NCBI GenBank assembly: GCA_964016885.1
Contig: OZ024740.1
Location: 392,894,001-392,958,000 of the forward strand
Length of the DNA stretch: 64,000 bases
Source of the DNA: Eledone cirrhosa
Taxonomy: Eukaryota
Direction of reading: 5' to 3'
Shown here: piece by piece, positions 16,811-29,619 of the stretch
Layout: every line of letters starts with the position of its first letter
Numbering within the stretch: position 1 is the stretch's first letter
The notes under the pieces: model-generated
The model's input: the letters and a program-made list of their open reading frames with translations, nothing else
Databases searched by the model: none
What the model was told of the DNA's origin: nothing
Translations under genes and position numbers: made by a program

Positions 16811-18958
16811 GCACTCATTGTATCATCCTCAACCTGGCTGGGTAGGCAGGGGTAAATTCATATTCTGAACTTCATTATCATTAGTTAATTTGCTTTATGG
16901 TATATTTTATTTATGATGTCAGATTCACAAGAGTTACTATTCTTTGGTGTTTGTTTATTAACCCCCCCTCCCCTCCTGTTAGGCATGTGACTGCCAGAAG
17001 CTAGCTAAGAAATTTGAAACCAGTCATTTTATAGTGAATCATGTGATGTTTCAAAAATGGTTTGGAATATAATGTCTCTATTATTGTACATCTGAATGCT
17101 ATAAGGATGTAATTGTATTCTAAACATAAATATGCTTTCATATGCTGAACTGATCAATTTCTTTACTATATAGTGTCTTCTATTTGTCAGCAGGATTTCT
17201 GAGAGGAATTTTACCATCACCATCATTTAACGTCTGTTTTCCCTGCTAAGAAAAGTAGGATGAGTCGTCACAGACCAAGTCGGTACTTAATCAGAATTAT
17301 TGATCTAACAACTCCATGGCATGAGGCTTACAAAGCTAACCCCTACTTTAGCTGGGAAAATGGTTTTAAAATGCTTGTAGTTAGTCTGATAAACTTCTGT
17401 TTTTGCTGCTCCATTGCATTAACTTAAACTGTATTAGTTTCATAGTTTCTTTGTATTGGATGTTTCACTGTGTTAGTACCTTTTTAAATTTTTTCTATGG
17501 ATTATGTGAGGAATTCTTGGAGACAACTAGTTTTCATATGAAAAAAATTTGCAAACACTTTTATTTTTAAATTTGCTATAATTAGTGTTGCTATAATTCA
17601 AGCATTTTCCATATTTTTTTCGCCTAAGTCTATAAACTACTAAAAATTAAAATAACAAATTTATCATCCCTAAGGTATCTTCAGCAAAAATTGACATTTA
17701 TTGATGGAAAAAAATGAATACAATTTTTATATGTAGAACTCTATTTTTAGATTTCAAAATAAATAATATGAACAAAGAACCATGCCGAACTCTCATAACA
17801 TGACACTTGCACAGACACCCCAGTTTGTAAAGGTTACATTGATCTTATAGTGTAGTACTTTTATTGTGTGTGCACGTATATATGTGTGTGTGTGTGTGTA
17901 TATATATATAACTGAACAACTGGTGATGTATTTTTGCAGTAGATGTGGCTGTTGAAAGAAACATGGCAAAATGGTCATTAGGAAATAGAAACTGCATGTA
18001 TTGGGTTGCTTGGCCCCTATACTTTTGTTAAACTATCTCCTACTGTTCTCTACACTTATATTCAATCTGCTGTCCTATCATAATCTGCCCTAGGAAGAGC
18101 ATTTGTTTTGTTTGTATTCAGTCACCCATTATTCTAACTCGGCCTTTATCATTGTCTACCTATCTCTTATCTACACCTCTCTACTACAACACCTACACCA
18201 TTACCATTATCACACCTATCATTATCACTAATTACCTTGCCTTGACCATTCTACCATTACACCTTTGTCCACTATCACTGTCATCCATTATCATTATACT
18301 CCTACCTCTCTCTCACTACACTGTCATCCATTATCAATTATCATTCTATTTCTTTCTCACCTCTAACTCTCTGCCACTACATCTAACAACGCTTTTGTGA
18401 TGAGAGAGTACATTGGAATTTTCTCCATATTTGGTGCCCTCTACTAACCATCATTCTCAATTCTGTTAGGAATCTTTAACATCTAGCCATTACTCATACC
18501 TAAATGTAATACCATTACCCTCCACTACCAACCACCACCATCTTCATCATTTTCTCCCCCATTCTCTGTTGTTAATTAGCACTAGCTCTCTCCTACCATA
18601 GCATACCCCTTTTGCTCAACCTTCATCCTACCTCCAACCTGTATATAGCTCCCATTGTCCCTTTCCCCCCTCTACCTTCCTATCACATGGTCTATAAACT
18701 TTAGGTATTAAAGGTTGTTTTTCCCCAAAATACACATGTAAAGCAGTTGATTAGATGGGCAAAATAAAGTGTGAGTTTTTTTAAGCATCATGATTAGATC
18801 AAAGTTATAGAGGCCCAATGTAAGGCATAGCTATAGTATAGTTTATATATAAAAACAAATATATTTTCTGCTTACTAAATGTTTTCGTTTTACAGTGAAA
18901 AGTATTTAAAATAAACAAAACAAACCTTATCTTATTACAACCGCATGGATATAATAAT

Positions 18959-19234
18959 TAGGAATGAAGTGTCAAAGTATCATCATTAACTTTATTCAAG
19001 TGTGATGCTCATTTCATGATTGATCAGCTCAAGGTGTGATCTGTATCAATCTGGTCTGACTCTAGAATCAATAGCTCATCAGACTCTTGGTTTACTTAAT
19101 TAAACCAAGAATCTGATGAACTATTGATTCCAGAGTCGGGCTCGATCAATATGGATAGCACTTTGAGTTGATCAATCGTGAAACACGTCACTCCTGAATA
19201 AAGTTAATGATGATACTTTGACATCTTGTTCCTA
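18959..19234. repeat. Long imperfect palindrome (fold-back element), arms about 135 bp
   Basis: TGTCAAAGTATCATCATTAACTTTATTCA is the reverse complement of TGAATAAAGTTAATGATGATACTTTGACA; centre GGTTTACTTAATTAAACC near 19097. Confidence 0.92.
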
Positions 19235-19394
19235 GAGTGTCAGTCACCATGCTTTGCAGCACAGTTATGGCCCTTTACGTTCTGAGTTCAAATCCGCTGA
19301 GGTTAACTTTGCTTTTCATCCTTACAGGGTTAATAAAATAAAGCACCAGTAATGCACTGGGATAATTGCTGCCCTTGTGCCAAAAGTAGAAACA
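19233..19394 (+). mobile_element. SINE family A, 5'-truncated and diverged, followed by (ATT)n
   Basis: Aligns to 22053-22237. Confidence 0.85.
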
Positions 19395-20929
19395 TTATTA
19401 TTATTATTATTATTAACACTGCTTATGACAGAAACTGACCAAGTGTATCACCAAATGTACGTCACATAGTATATTGAAACAGACCCACCTATGCATCGAG
19501 TGAACCAGTAATAACATGAAGTTACAATCCATTAAACTATATACATGCAGTTGGAATGTTAGTAAGCCATTAGGTTTTACAGCTTGAAGATTAAGTTCAA
19601 TCCCACTTTGCAGATGAAATTTTGGTTTATTCCTGAGACAGATCTATTTTTACTTAAAGTAGAAGCTGCTGTAGATTTTATGGAGGAGTTATTTTATATA
19701 CATATTTGGTGTAATCTCATTGTATTTAAGTGAGGTTATAAGGATGAATGCTAGAATTGGTAGGTTAATGGGTGATAATCTGTTTTGACATGAATAGTAG
19801 GAGATAACTAAAAAAAAAAAAAATCTACATGCATTAGTATCGTGCAAACTGAAGTGAACATTAACCTTTTAGACATAATTGTGTACTGTTTCTTGCAGGA
19901 AATGCTGAAGTCCAACTTTACTGGTGTTTGTTGGTTATTTCAAACACGGCTTAATCTCATTGTATCTACCCTCCATTTTCCTTCATATGAACCAACCTTT
20001 TCCCCCAATCTTCCCTTTCTTTCTATAATGGTAGTGCTGTGTTTGTATTATAGCACTATTGGGGAATGAATAAATGGGATTAATATGCTAGAAAATACAT
20101 TACAACAGACTGTGATGTAGACAAAATGATGTGAGTTCAATTTCTGTTGCTAATATTGTATATCCTAATATTGCTAAAAATTTTTATCTGAAAGTCAGGA
20201 GTTGAAATTCTTTGCTGGAGAGTGGGGAACCATGCAGTAGAAAAAATAAAGATATCTTTCAAATAATTAACAGTACAAACAACTTAGATAATATTCTGCT
20301 CATCATGTTACTTTGAACTAACACTGAATAAAAAAGATTAATAGAAAAACTGCTTTTAGTCATGTCCTCAAAGACTAAATAATTCTATCATTATGAAAAT
20401 CACTGCATTTTAAAGTTATTATGCAATCACCTTTCTGTTAATCTTCCTCAATAGTCTTAGTTCAGTGTTGTGAGGAATCTTAAACAACATTGAACCAGAA
20501 AAGCACTTTTGAAGACCTTGTCTTTGTAAAATGTATCTTCAACTAGTTGGCATGATGGAACTAATTTCTCTAGGCTAATACCTCAGATGTTGTGGTCTAC
20601 AGTGCTAGTGAAGGAAAGAAAACTAATTCCATGTGCTGCCACTGGTTACAGCACTAAGTAACTATTTACAGCTAGGTATACTGGACTGGTTGATAGTGAA
20701 ATGTCTATGACATGAAACGATGTGACATTAGTAACAAGATACAAGCCAGTTACCTTGCAGCTAGTTGTCTGGTAACTTATTGACTCAACTACCTGGGCTA
20801 TCTTTTAGTTTCTAGATATTTATTCTGTATTATATCTAGAATAAAACTATCCACTCCTCTTTGGATTGGGCAGAGTTTTAAAATTTAGTTGTTATAATTA
20901 TATAACCCCTGACTGGTGTATGTTAGAAA

Positions 20930-21110
20930 TAATTAACACCAAGTCAGTCCTGATTGAGTAGATCTATGATCTAAAGCTTTCCAGACAAGACCATCATGTA
21001 TTTTTTTGTATATCTATGACTACATTGTCTAATATGTCTTACCTTTGTAAAGATGGTATGTGATTTAGGAGAGAGTTGGTTACTATTTTTAGCAGGTCAA
21101 GTGACTAAAT
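20930..21110 (+). repeat. Representative copy of an old, abundant dispersed repeat (other copies near 15235, 16100, 27480, 28330, 34830, 36065, 43400, 47325-47835, 56670, 57235, 63480)
   Basis: Recurrent GTCAG.CCTGATTGAGCAGACCTATGATC..GACTACATT..GTGTGATTTGAGGGAGA..GCTATTTCTAGCAGGTC motif string on both strands; class not determined. Confidence 0.65.
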
Positions 21111-21575
21111 GAAACCTTTGGTGCTTTTAAGATTGTCAACTAGCTACTGGTCGTTTAGGTTTGCCTTATCAGAACTGAAGGACGTAGGTGTGATTGTGGC
21201 TTACAGATGTTAACAGTAATAAAGTACAATGTAATGTTTAATTAAAAGCATGTTGATTTTATTGTTAATCTAATAGCCAGGGGGCAAGAATTGTTTTCAA
21301 TAATTTAAACAAACTAGTTTGTTTCATGGCCATTTCCTCTCCATTAGATCAAAAATAAAAGTTAACTAGCTAAAACGTAACTTCCTAAGAAAGCTTATTT
21401 TGTACTTTCCTTTCAACTGTTCTTTTATTTTTATTTTCTATCTAAAATAGCAAGAAATCTCATTAAAACTTAATGTTACTTGTTTTTTATGTAAAGTATC
21501 TAGAAAAACAAAATAAGAATTTGGTTTCTTGCATAGCAGATTACATAAATGTAAATATGGGTTATATTGGATAAT

Positions 21576-21738
21576 TGTTTCTACTTTTGGCACAAGGCCA
21601 GCAATTACCCAGTACATTACTGGTACTTTATTTTATCGACCCCCGTAAGGATGAAAGGCAAAGTTAACCTTGGCGCGATTTGAACTCAGAATGGCAAGGG
21701 GTGTATATCTATGCGTCAAAACATAGTGTCCGACCCTC
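21576..21738 (-). mobile_element. SINE family A, 5'-truncated
   Basis: Aligns to the other copies; TSD TTGGATAAT. Confidence 0.88.
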
Positions 21739-22052
21739 TTGGATAATAATAATATTCGATTTGTTTGCAAGAGTGATAAATCAGTTTAATTTTTTTTTTT
21801 CTTTTTTGGCAAGGCTAGCTGTAAAATCACTTGTTATGCAAATGAGGCTAATCAGCCAATGTATACATTAAAAAATATATATTTTCAACAATTCAATTGA
21901 GTAGTTTTGATGAAGGGAAATGACCCAGAAACATGTTGACTGTTCCTTGATGCTACTGTTGAACAAACTGATTACGATAGTCATCAAAGGCAAAGCATAA
22001 CATTGTGAGGCCGTTCGCTTGTAAACAAATTGAACATTATTATTATTCCATA

Positions 22053-22237
22053 GGGCGGTGGATTGGCAGTATCGGTAGAGGGTCGGACGCCATGCTTTCC
22101 AGCATAGTTACGTCCCTTTACGATCTGAGTTCAAATCCCGCCGAGGTTGACTTTGCCTTTCATCCTTACGGGGTCGATAAAATAAAGTACCAGTAATGCA
22201 CTGGGTAATTGCTGGCCTTGTGCCTAAAGTAGAAACA
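22053..22237 (+). mobile_element. SINE family A, full length
   Basis: A/B boxes and Nin-like body; TSD ATTATTATTCCATA. Confidence 0.92.
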
Positions 22238-22251
22238 ATTATTATTCCATA

Positions 22252-22428
22252 GGGGCGGTGAATTGGCAGTATCGGTAAATAAATGCTTTCTAGCATAATT
22301 ACTTCCCTTTACGGTCTGAGTTCAAATCCCATTGAGGTTAACTTTGCCTTTCATTCTTACAGGGTCGATAAAATAAAGTACCAGTAATGTACTGGGTAAT
22401 TGCTGGCCTTGTGCCAAAAGTAGAAACA
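22252..22428 (+). mobile_element. SINE family A, tandem second copy
   Basis: Same TSD ATTATTATTCCATA at 22238-22251 and 22429-22442. Confidence 0.92.
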
Positions 22429-22487
22429 ATTATTATTCCATATAACCCATATCTAGAAGAAATTTACACTAACATTCATTATACAGT

Positions 22488-22800
22488 GAATGTTGTCTAA
22501 CATTGGTGATGACTGCATGAGATGTAAATCATCTGGTTTCAATGGTCTGCTTCATGAGCGTTATGCTTACATGCCAGACTTGTTCAGTGATGTCTTGGCA
22601 GATGTCTACTACAACTGGAAGCAGTATGGGAGAACTATTTCTGAGCAAAGGAGCTGTGGTGCTGTTGAGAAAGAACCCAAACAAGGGGGATTATATTGAT
22701 AATTTTAAGCAGAGTTTAAAATTTTGGCCAAGATGTTAGTGATGAAGTTGGCACTTGGTGGTGGTCTAGTGGGGGAACTATGTAATTTAGGTAGTAAGCA
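22488..22800 (+). mobile_element. Degenerate L1/Tx1-like LINE RT fragment
   Basis: Across frames reads SGFNGL..ERY..MPDLFSDVLADVYYNW..GAVVLLRKNPNKGDYIDNF, typical of the RT N-terminal region. Confidence 0.6.
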
Positions 22801-23071
22801 TACAACAAACCTGTTTCAATGCAGTCATAGCTGTATGGTTTACTCTGCTAATGTCTTTGAGAAAATTATCATTCTTCCACCTATTGAAAAATAGATACCT
22901 TTCATTTTAAAAGACCAAAAAGTTGACCTTCTTTATCATGTAGTGGAAGGAGTATATAATATATCTTTCCTTTAATATATATCGCATGAAGATCTAAAGC
23001 TAATCCTTTTTTAAAATGACATTTAAACTCTAATAAATTAACTTGTTAATTTTGTATATCAATTGTTTCAG

Positions 23072-23221
23072 ATCTGTGAATTGTGCCATGTTGAACCTTA
23101 CTGAGTTCTGACAAACCTCCATCCAGTTTCATTTTACCATGTATCTGTTGGAAGCCGGTGTGTCAAGTGTGGCTAGATTAAAACATTTCCCAGCAAAAAA
23201 ATTTCAAACTGAATCCTAAAG
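23072..23221 (+). other. SNX13: Probable non-coding 5'-UTR exon of SNX13 (150 nt) containing two uORFs
   Basis: Acceptor ttgtttcAG and donor AAG/GTATGT in unique sequence. The first coding exon begins AG/ATG, so an upstream exon must exist. In-frame stops exclude coding continuity. Confidence 0.5.
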
Positions 23222-24496
23222 GTATGTATTTATATACACATCCACAACAAACACTGTAATACATTAAATATATTTTATTTTTTTTTAAATTTAAGTGTAG
23301 ATTATTTAATTTGTTCTAGGTGCACCAAAGTTTGCTGAATTGTAATTTCAGAGTGATTCAGTAATATTTAAATTTTTAAAAGTATTGTTGTAAGGTAGCC
23401 TTTGGTTAGCCATTATGAAATAGATCCATGGCATATAGATATTCAACTAAACAACTAGATGCAATCCACCTACTCATGGATCAATAAAATAAGTATCGGT
23501 TAAGCTGTGAAGTCAATATAATTGACTGTTCCCTTCTCTTAAATGTTTTGGTCTTGTGTTTATGTAAGAAGTCAATATTTTACAACTGTCTTCCTTTAAG
23601 TATTCTTGATTGTAAGCTCAAATATTGCTATTGGGTGGAGCATCCAGGCTAGGCATGTAATCCTGCTCTCCTTTGTCAATGGTTTACTTAAGAATTACTT
23701 AAAACACTAGCTTCCATGATTTTTTTAATGTCATTCCATCTACTTTCTTTAATGTCATTCCATTTACTTTCTTTTTAAAAAAGATTAAAAAAATAGAATT
23801 ATTCTCTCTTGACTCTCTAGCCAAATTAACTGCCATTTCCCCTGTATGAGGGTTTGGCCTGCATCTGGAAACTTCATCTTCTAGGCACACACTTGGGCAA
23901 AGTGTTTTGTGGAAGATTAGCAGCTGCTCTTGCATGCAAGTCTCCTCTCTCCACATCACCAATACTGTCCAAGAGAGGGGAATGTGCTGATATAGCTTGG
24001 TACCAGTGATGTCCTAGGCAGAATGTAAAAGATCCTGAAAGAGGTACTGCAAGGCATCATGTTTGATCCTCTATCAATTTCATTAATCCACCGACTTGTT
24101 TGATGAGAAGGACTTTGGATACCCTGTGGGATGAAAAAACAACAACCCATCAAGGGGTAGAGGAACTCATGAGAGTTGATGGACTTGTAGTAGGGTGTAT
24201 ATATGCTTGTACGTATATGATTATGTACCCTGTAGTGGTGAAGTGGTTTGAGTGCTCTTTTGATCTGGAGAGCTATACTGATGGGAGTGTAACTCCTTGT
24301 AAGTCCTACTTTATCAAACAGGCCAAAGGGTAGGAACTAGACTAAATGTTAATTGCTAGAGGAATAAACATTAATGACAAAAAAGAAAAGAAAATCCCAC
24401 CATTGGGTGGAAGCATGGTTGACATGTGACATCAATGGTCAGGATAAAAAATTTTTAATAAGTGAAAAACTGCAGCATGCATTGGCAAGCAGTGCC

Positions 24497-26580
24497 AGAT
24501 GCTTGTTAGAAAGACAGATGCTTGTTGGAAAGACAGATGCATGTTAGAAAGACAGATGCTTGTTGGAAAGACAGATGCATGTTAGAAAGACAGATGCTTG
24601 TTGGAAAGACAGATGCATGTGGAAAGACAGATGCATGTTGGAAAGACAGATGCATGTTGGAAAGACAGATGCATGTTGGAAAGACAGATGCATGTTAGAA
24701 AGACAGATGCATGTTAGAAAGACAGATGCTTGTTGGAAAGACAGATGCATGTTAGAAAGACAGATGCTTGTTGGAAAGACAGATGCATGTTGGAAAGACA
24801 GATGCTTGTTGGAAAGACAGATGCTTGTTGGAAAGACAGATGCTTGTTGGAAAGACAGATGCTTGTTGGAAAGACAGATGCTTGTTGGAAAGACAGATGC
24901 TTGTTGGAAAGACAGATGCTTGTTGGAAAGACAGATGCTTGTTGGAAAGACAGATGCATGTTGGAAAGACAGATGCATGTTGGAAAGACAGATGCATGTT
25001 AGAAAGACAGATGCTTGTTGGAAAGACATGCATGTTATAAAGAATGATGCATGTTATAAAGACTGATGCATGTTAGAAAGACAGATGTATGTTGGAAAGA
25101 CATGCTTGTTGGAAAGACAGATGCATGTTGGAAAGACAGATGCATGTTGGAAAGACAGATGCATGTTGGAAAGACAGATGCATGTTGGAAAGACAGATGC
25201 TTGTTGGAAAGACTGATGCATGTTATAAAGACTGATGCATGTTGGAAATACAGATGCATGTTGGAAAGACAGATGCATGTTAGAAAGACAGATGCTTGTT
25301 GGAAAGACAGATGCTTGTTGGAAAGACAGATGCTTGTTGGAAAGACAGATGCATGTTGGAAAGACAGATGCATGTTGGAAAGACAGATGCTTGTTGGAAA
25401 GACAGATGCTTGTTGGAAAGACAGATGCATGTTGGAAAGACAGATGCATGTTGGAAAGACAGATGCATGTTGGAAAGACAGATGCATGTTAGAAAGACAG
25501 ATGCTTGTTGGAAAGACAGATGCATGTTATAAAGACTGATGCATGTTAGAAAGACAGATGCATGTTGGAAAGACAGATGCATGTTAGAAAGACAGATGCA
25601 TGTTGGAAAGACAGATGCATGTTGGAAAGACAGATGCATGTTAGAAAGACAGATGCTTGTTGGAAAGACAGATGCTTGTTGGCAAGACAGATGCATGTTG
25701 GAAAGACAGATGCTTGTTGGAAAGACAGATGCTTGTTGGAAAGACAGATGCTTGTTGGAAAGACAGATGCTTGTTGGAAAGACAGATGCTTGTTGGAAAG
25801 ACAGATGCTTGTTGGAAAGACAGATGCTTGTTGGAAAGACAGATGCTTGTTGGAAAGACAGATGCTTGTTGGAAAGACAGATGCTTGTTGGAAAGACAGA
25901 TGCTTGTTGGAAAGACAGATGCATGTTGGAAAGACAGATGCATGTTGGAAAGACAGATGCATGTTGGAAAGACAGATGCATGTTGGAAAGACAGATGCAT
26001 GTTGGAAAGACAGATGCATGTTGGAAAGACAGATGCATGTTAGAAAGACAGATGCTTGTTGGAAAGACAGATGCATGTTATAAAGACTGATGCATGCTAG
26101 AAAGACTGATGCATGTTAGAAAGACTGATGCATGTTGGAAAGGCATGCTTGTTGGAAAGACAGATGCATGTTAGAAAGACAGATGCATGTTGGAAAGACA
26201 TGCTTGTTGGAAAGACAGATGCATGTTGGAAAGACAGATGCATGTTGGAAAGACAGATGCATGTTGGAAAGACAGATGCATTTTGGAAAGACAGATGCAT
26301 GTTGGAAAGACGGATGCATGTTGGAAAGACGGATGCATGTTGGAAAGACGGATGCATGTTGGAAAGACGGATGCATGTTTGAAAGACGGATGCATGTTGG
26401 AAAGACAGATGCATGCTGGAAAGACAGATGCATGCTGGAAAGACAGATGCATGTTGGAAAGACAGATGCATGTGGAAAGACAGATGCATGTTAGAAAGAC
26501 AGATGCTTGTTGGAAAGATAGATGCATGTTGGAAAGACAGATGCATGTTGGAAAGACAGATGCATGTGGAAAGACAGATG
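24497..26580. repeat. 19-bp minisatellite, about 110 units of GGAAAGACAGATGC(A/T)TGTT
   Basis: Seen directly; source of the periodic MLERQ/ACWKDR ORFs. Confidence 0.98.
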
Positions 26581-27744
26581 GGTGACTTAGTAGTAGGTAT
26601 ATATTACCTCAGAAAAATGAAATTTTAATTTTCAGTTAATTTGGACTCAGAATTTAGAAGAATATGCATAACCAAATATATTATAGGGTATTCCAGTGTA
26701 CTCTCCTTTCTAAGAGATCAACTACTTCTATTCTATCAAATATAATAAGTACAGAATTATCACTCCATCATTAAAAAACATTAAATTCATGCCAAATGCA
26801 GAAAATAGAGTAATTCAAAGTTTTCTGTGCTATTTAATAACATGTATGTTGTACAAATAGCTTTCTATTGATTATTTCAATGACAATGTAAATAAGCTCA
26901 GCACTTAATTTTTACCTATACATTGTATTTTTTGACAAACATTTCTAGCTTGTTTTTTCTTCTCTCTGTTTCCTATTAGCCTGTAGTGGCTACATGTGTA
27001 TTTGATAAATGTAATTTTTATGTAAATAATTTTTTTTTATATTCACATACTTCACTAAATGTTGTGTGCAATGTTTATAAATTTTCTTAATGCAGTTCTG
27101 TTTCTTTTTCTGCATGTGTGTGTATATATACACATAAACACATGCAGTTTCTTATTTTCTGAATTCAATATGTTAGTACTAACTTAACCATACCCAGCCT
27201 TTCTAACATGTTGCCATCAAAGAGTAGAGAGATTTCCTATCAAGCTTTACTTAGTTTCATTTTATATGAATAACTATTACCACTGCTGTCATCAAATACT
27301 TCTGCTATATTTTTGGCAACTAAAACTTATTCATTTCTTGCAAGCCTCCCTAATTACAGTTGGGTTGGTTTCATATGATACAAACAGTTTTTACTTTTGC
27401 CAGCATATAAAGGAAGCATTGTAAGTTCACAGTGCCAATAACTAATCTTTTTGCAATGGCGCCACTATATGGATATCTGTCCTGCTAGAAATAATGTTGC
27501 AATCTTAGATATATATATATATAAAAAAATAAAAAAAAAAAGACAGTGTGGTCATTGTAGGAATGCTTTTGACCATAGGTCTTTTTGATCATTGTTTATC
27601 TGGTATTAAACAACAGTAATCAATGTTCTATATTTGACATTCATAAAAAAAATGCAATTGGTACTGGTGATGTTAATGAGTTTAAAATTGTATCTGTGTG
27701 ATGCATTTCATTTTGTATTCTTTTTCCCTCTCCTGTATTTTTAG

Positions 27745-27872
27745 ATGCCCTGGGTGGATGGATCCTATTCATGGATAATCCTTGCTTTGTCCTTATTCCT
27801 AGGTACATTCGGTACTCTTGGAATTCTTAGGGGATTTTACATAATATTCATTGGAGCAATATTTTTGTTTGG
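27745..27872 (+). CDS. SNX13: Sorting nexin-13, first coding exon (N-terminal transmembrane hairpin)
   Basis: Pyrimidine tract and TAG/ATG, then MPWVDGSYSWIILALSLFLGTFGTLGILRGFYIIFIGAIFLFG, ending GG/GTAAGT (phase 2). Resembles the SNX13 N-terminus (..LFLITFG..) as recalled. Confidence 0.85.
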
Positions 27873-28967
27873 GTAAGTATATTTGAAATTTCTTTTGAAT
27901 CTTAATTGAAAATATGCATTTCAACATATATTCAGAAAATCCGTGTCTTCAGAAAATTACTGTTAGGGTTATGGTTTGGACAGAGCTGTAAGATCCAGTT
28001 TGAAATATTGAGACAATCTTTTTGTGACATCATTGCATTCCAAATTTTTTCATGGAAAAAAATTGACTTTAGTTCATTGAAATTTCATAATTATTTGCAT
28101 AATGGAATAAAGACACCATCTAAGTTACTCTTTGGGAGTATTTGGAAATGTCTCATAACCCTTAATAATTCAGTGGGTCAGTATCATAGGATTCATGTTC
28201 ATAAAGGGTCTTCAAAAGCAAGATAGTTTTAGTGGAACCCAACCTGCTAAAGACTTGGCTCTCTTGAATTTTTATCAACATTTAACAACATTAACACTTA
28301 GTTGAGCCACTGTTTGGTTGCTTGACATTCTAGAAATAGCAATGATATCTCCTTAAAATAACACCATACTATCTTAAAAGGGACACCAGATAATGATGCC
28401 TTGATTGCACACAACCTGAAACAAAGGACAAGCTGGCCACAGCTTCAATGCCTTTCATCATATATTTGTTCCACCAGGGATGAAATGGGGATAAACAATG
28501 TCTAACATGAGCACATAATTTGTACAACTTTTACAGTTCAGTAGAGAGAATAAATGGGCCATTAGGGTTTCAAATAATTGATACCTAACTGATTGTGCTC
28601 AATTATCTGTATTTTTCCTAATTGCATACTGTTTCATATTTCTGCATTTTTTTTAGCATTCTCACTATCTTGTAAACTATACTTTTCAGAATAATTTATC
28701 CAGAAATATTGAATTTATCTTACGTCATTTTCTTTTTGTATACATCTCCAGTCAAATGTTTACAAAACCAATCGTAAGCATTTCTGATTTTTGTTTCAAT
28801 TTTAATAAGAATCTGCAAAAGCTTTATGCAATAATAATTATAACCATAATTATTGCTTTTATTGAAAAGGAAAACTTTATATATAAAATATATATGTATA
28901 AACAAACAAGAGGTATAAGTCTACATTTCATAATTTACTTTTATTATATATATATATATATATATAT

Positions 28968-29142
28968 ACTCACTGTAAATGAGGTTGGTGTTAGGAAGGG
29001 CATCCAGCTGTAGAAATCAAGCCAAATCAGTTCCTGTATGAGCAAGGCATGGTCAGCCGACCAGACACTGCCGATAACAGGACAACCCATCTAACCCATG
29101 CTAGCGTGGAAGAACGGACGTAAAATGGTGATGATGATGATA
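28968..29142 (+). mobile_element. 5'-truncated RTE-tailed SINE or non-autonomous element in a (TA)n tract
   Basis: CTCACTGTAAATGAGGTTGGTGTTAGGAAGGGCATCCAG module plus CCATGCTAGCGTGGAAGAACGGACGTAAAA(TGA)n tail. Confidence 0.8.
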
Positions 29143-29619
29143 TATATATATATATATACGTAGTAAGAACTTGGTAAAAAATATTTAAGGAGTTAGAGCA
29201 TTCAGTCTGTGGCATGAGTTACATACAGATGTTCATATATAAATATATGTATTGTGTACTATACGTAACGGAAAATCCCTCATAGAGATAGAATTAGGAA
29301 ATCGCCATTTCCTAGCAATGCAAACATGTGAATTTTAAAAAGTTACATTAGTTGGAAGACAGACCGAATAGAAGATAAGTGAAAATTTTCAATTTCCCGA
29401 TTTCTTTCTTTTTTTCGATGTTCATATATAAATATATGTATTGTGTACATAGATATACACATAACGGAAAATCCCTCATATACAATAGAGATAGAATAGC
29501 AATGTTTGTGGATAATAAAATACACGCTAGGAAATCGCCATTTCCCATCCTACCTCCACCACCTTCTGGTATACATGCCTGATGCTATATGCTAACCACT
29601 CATGCATATAGCACTTTAA

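Larger units (their letters stand above)
21555..22452. mobile_element. MITE-like element with about 45-bp TIRs, both TIRs interrupted by SINE-A insertions
   Basis: After removing the SINEs, the left end ATATGGGTTATATTGGATAATAATAATATTCGATTTGTTTGCAAG matches the reverse complement of the right end ATATGGGTTATATGGAATAATAATAATGTTCAATTTGTTTACAAG. Confidence 0.75.

Noticed and set aside
19113-19185. CTGATGA...GAAAC as another hammerhead
   Set aside because: No compatible stems I or III; the motif lies in one arm of the fold-back.
24497-26580. CRISPR-like array or repetitive protein gene
   Set aside because: Units are contiguous with no unique spacers, and ORFs occur in all frames because of the 19-bp period.
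29228-29546. Local duplication of about 100-130 bp (GATGTTCATATATAAATATATG..GGAAATCGCCATTTCC)
   Set aside because: Real, but looks like an ordinary short tandem duplication with deletions; no further structure seen.
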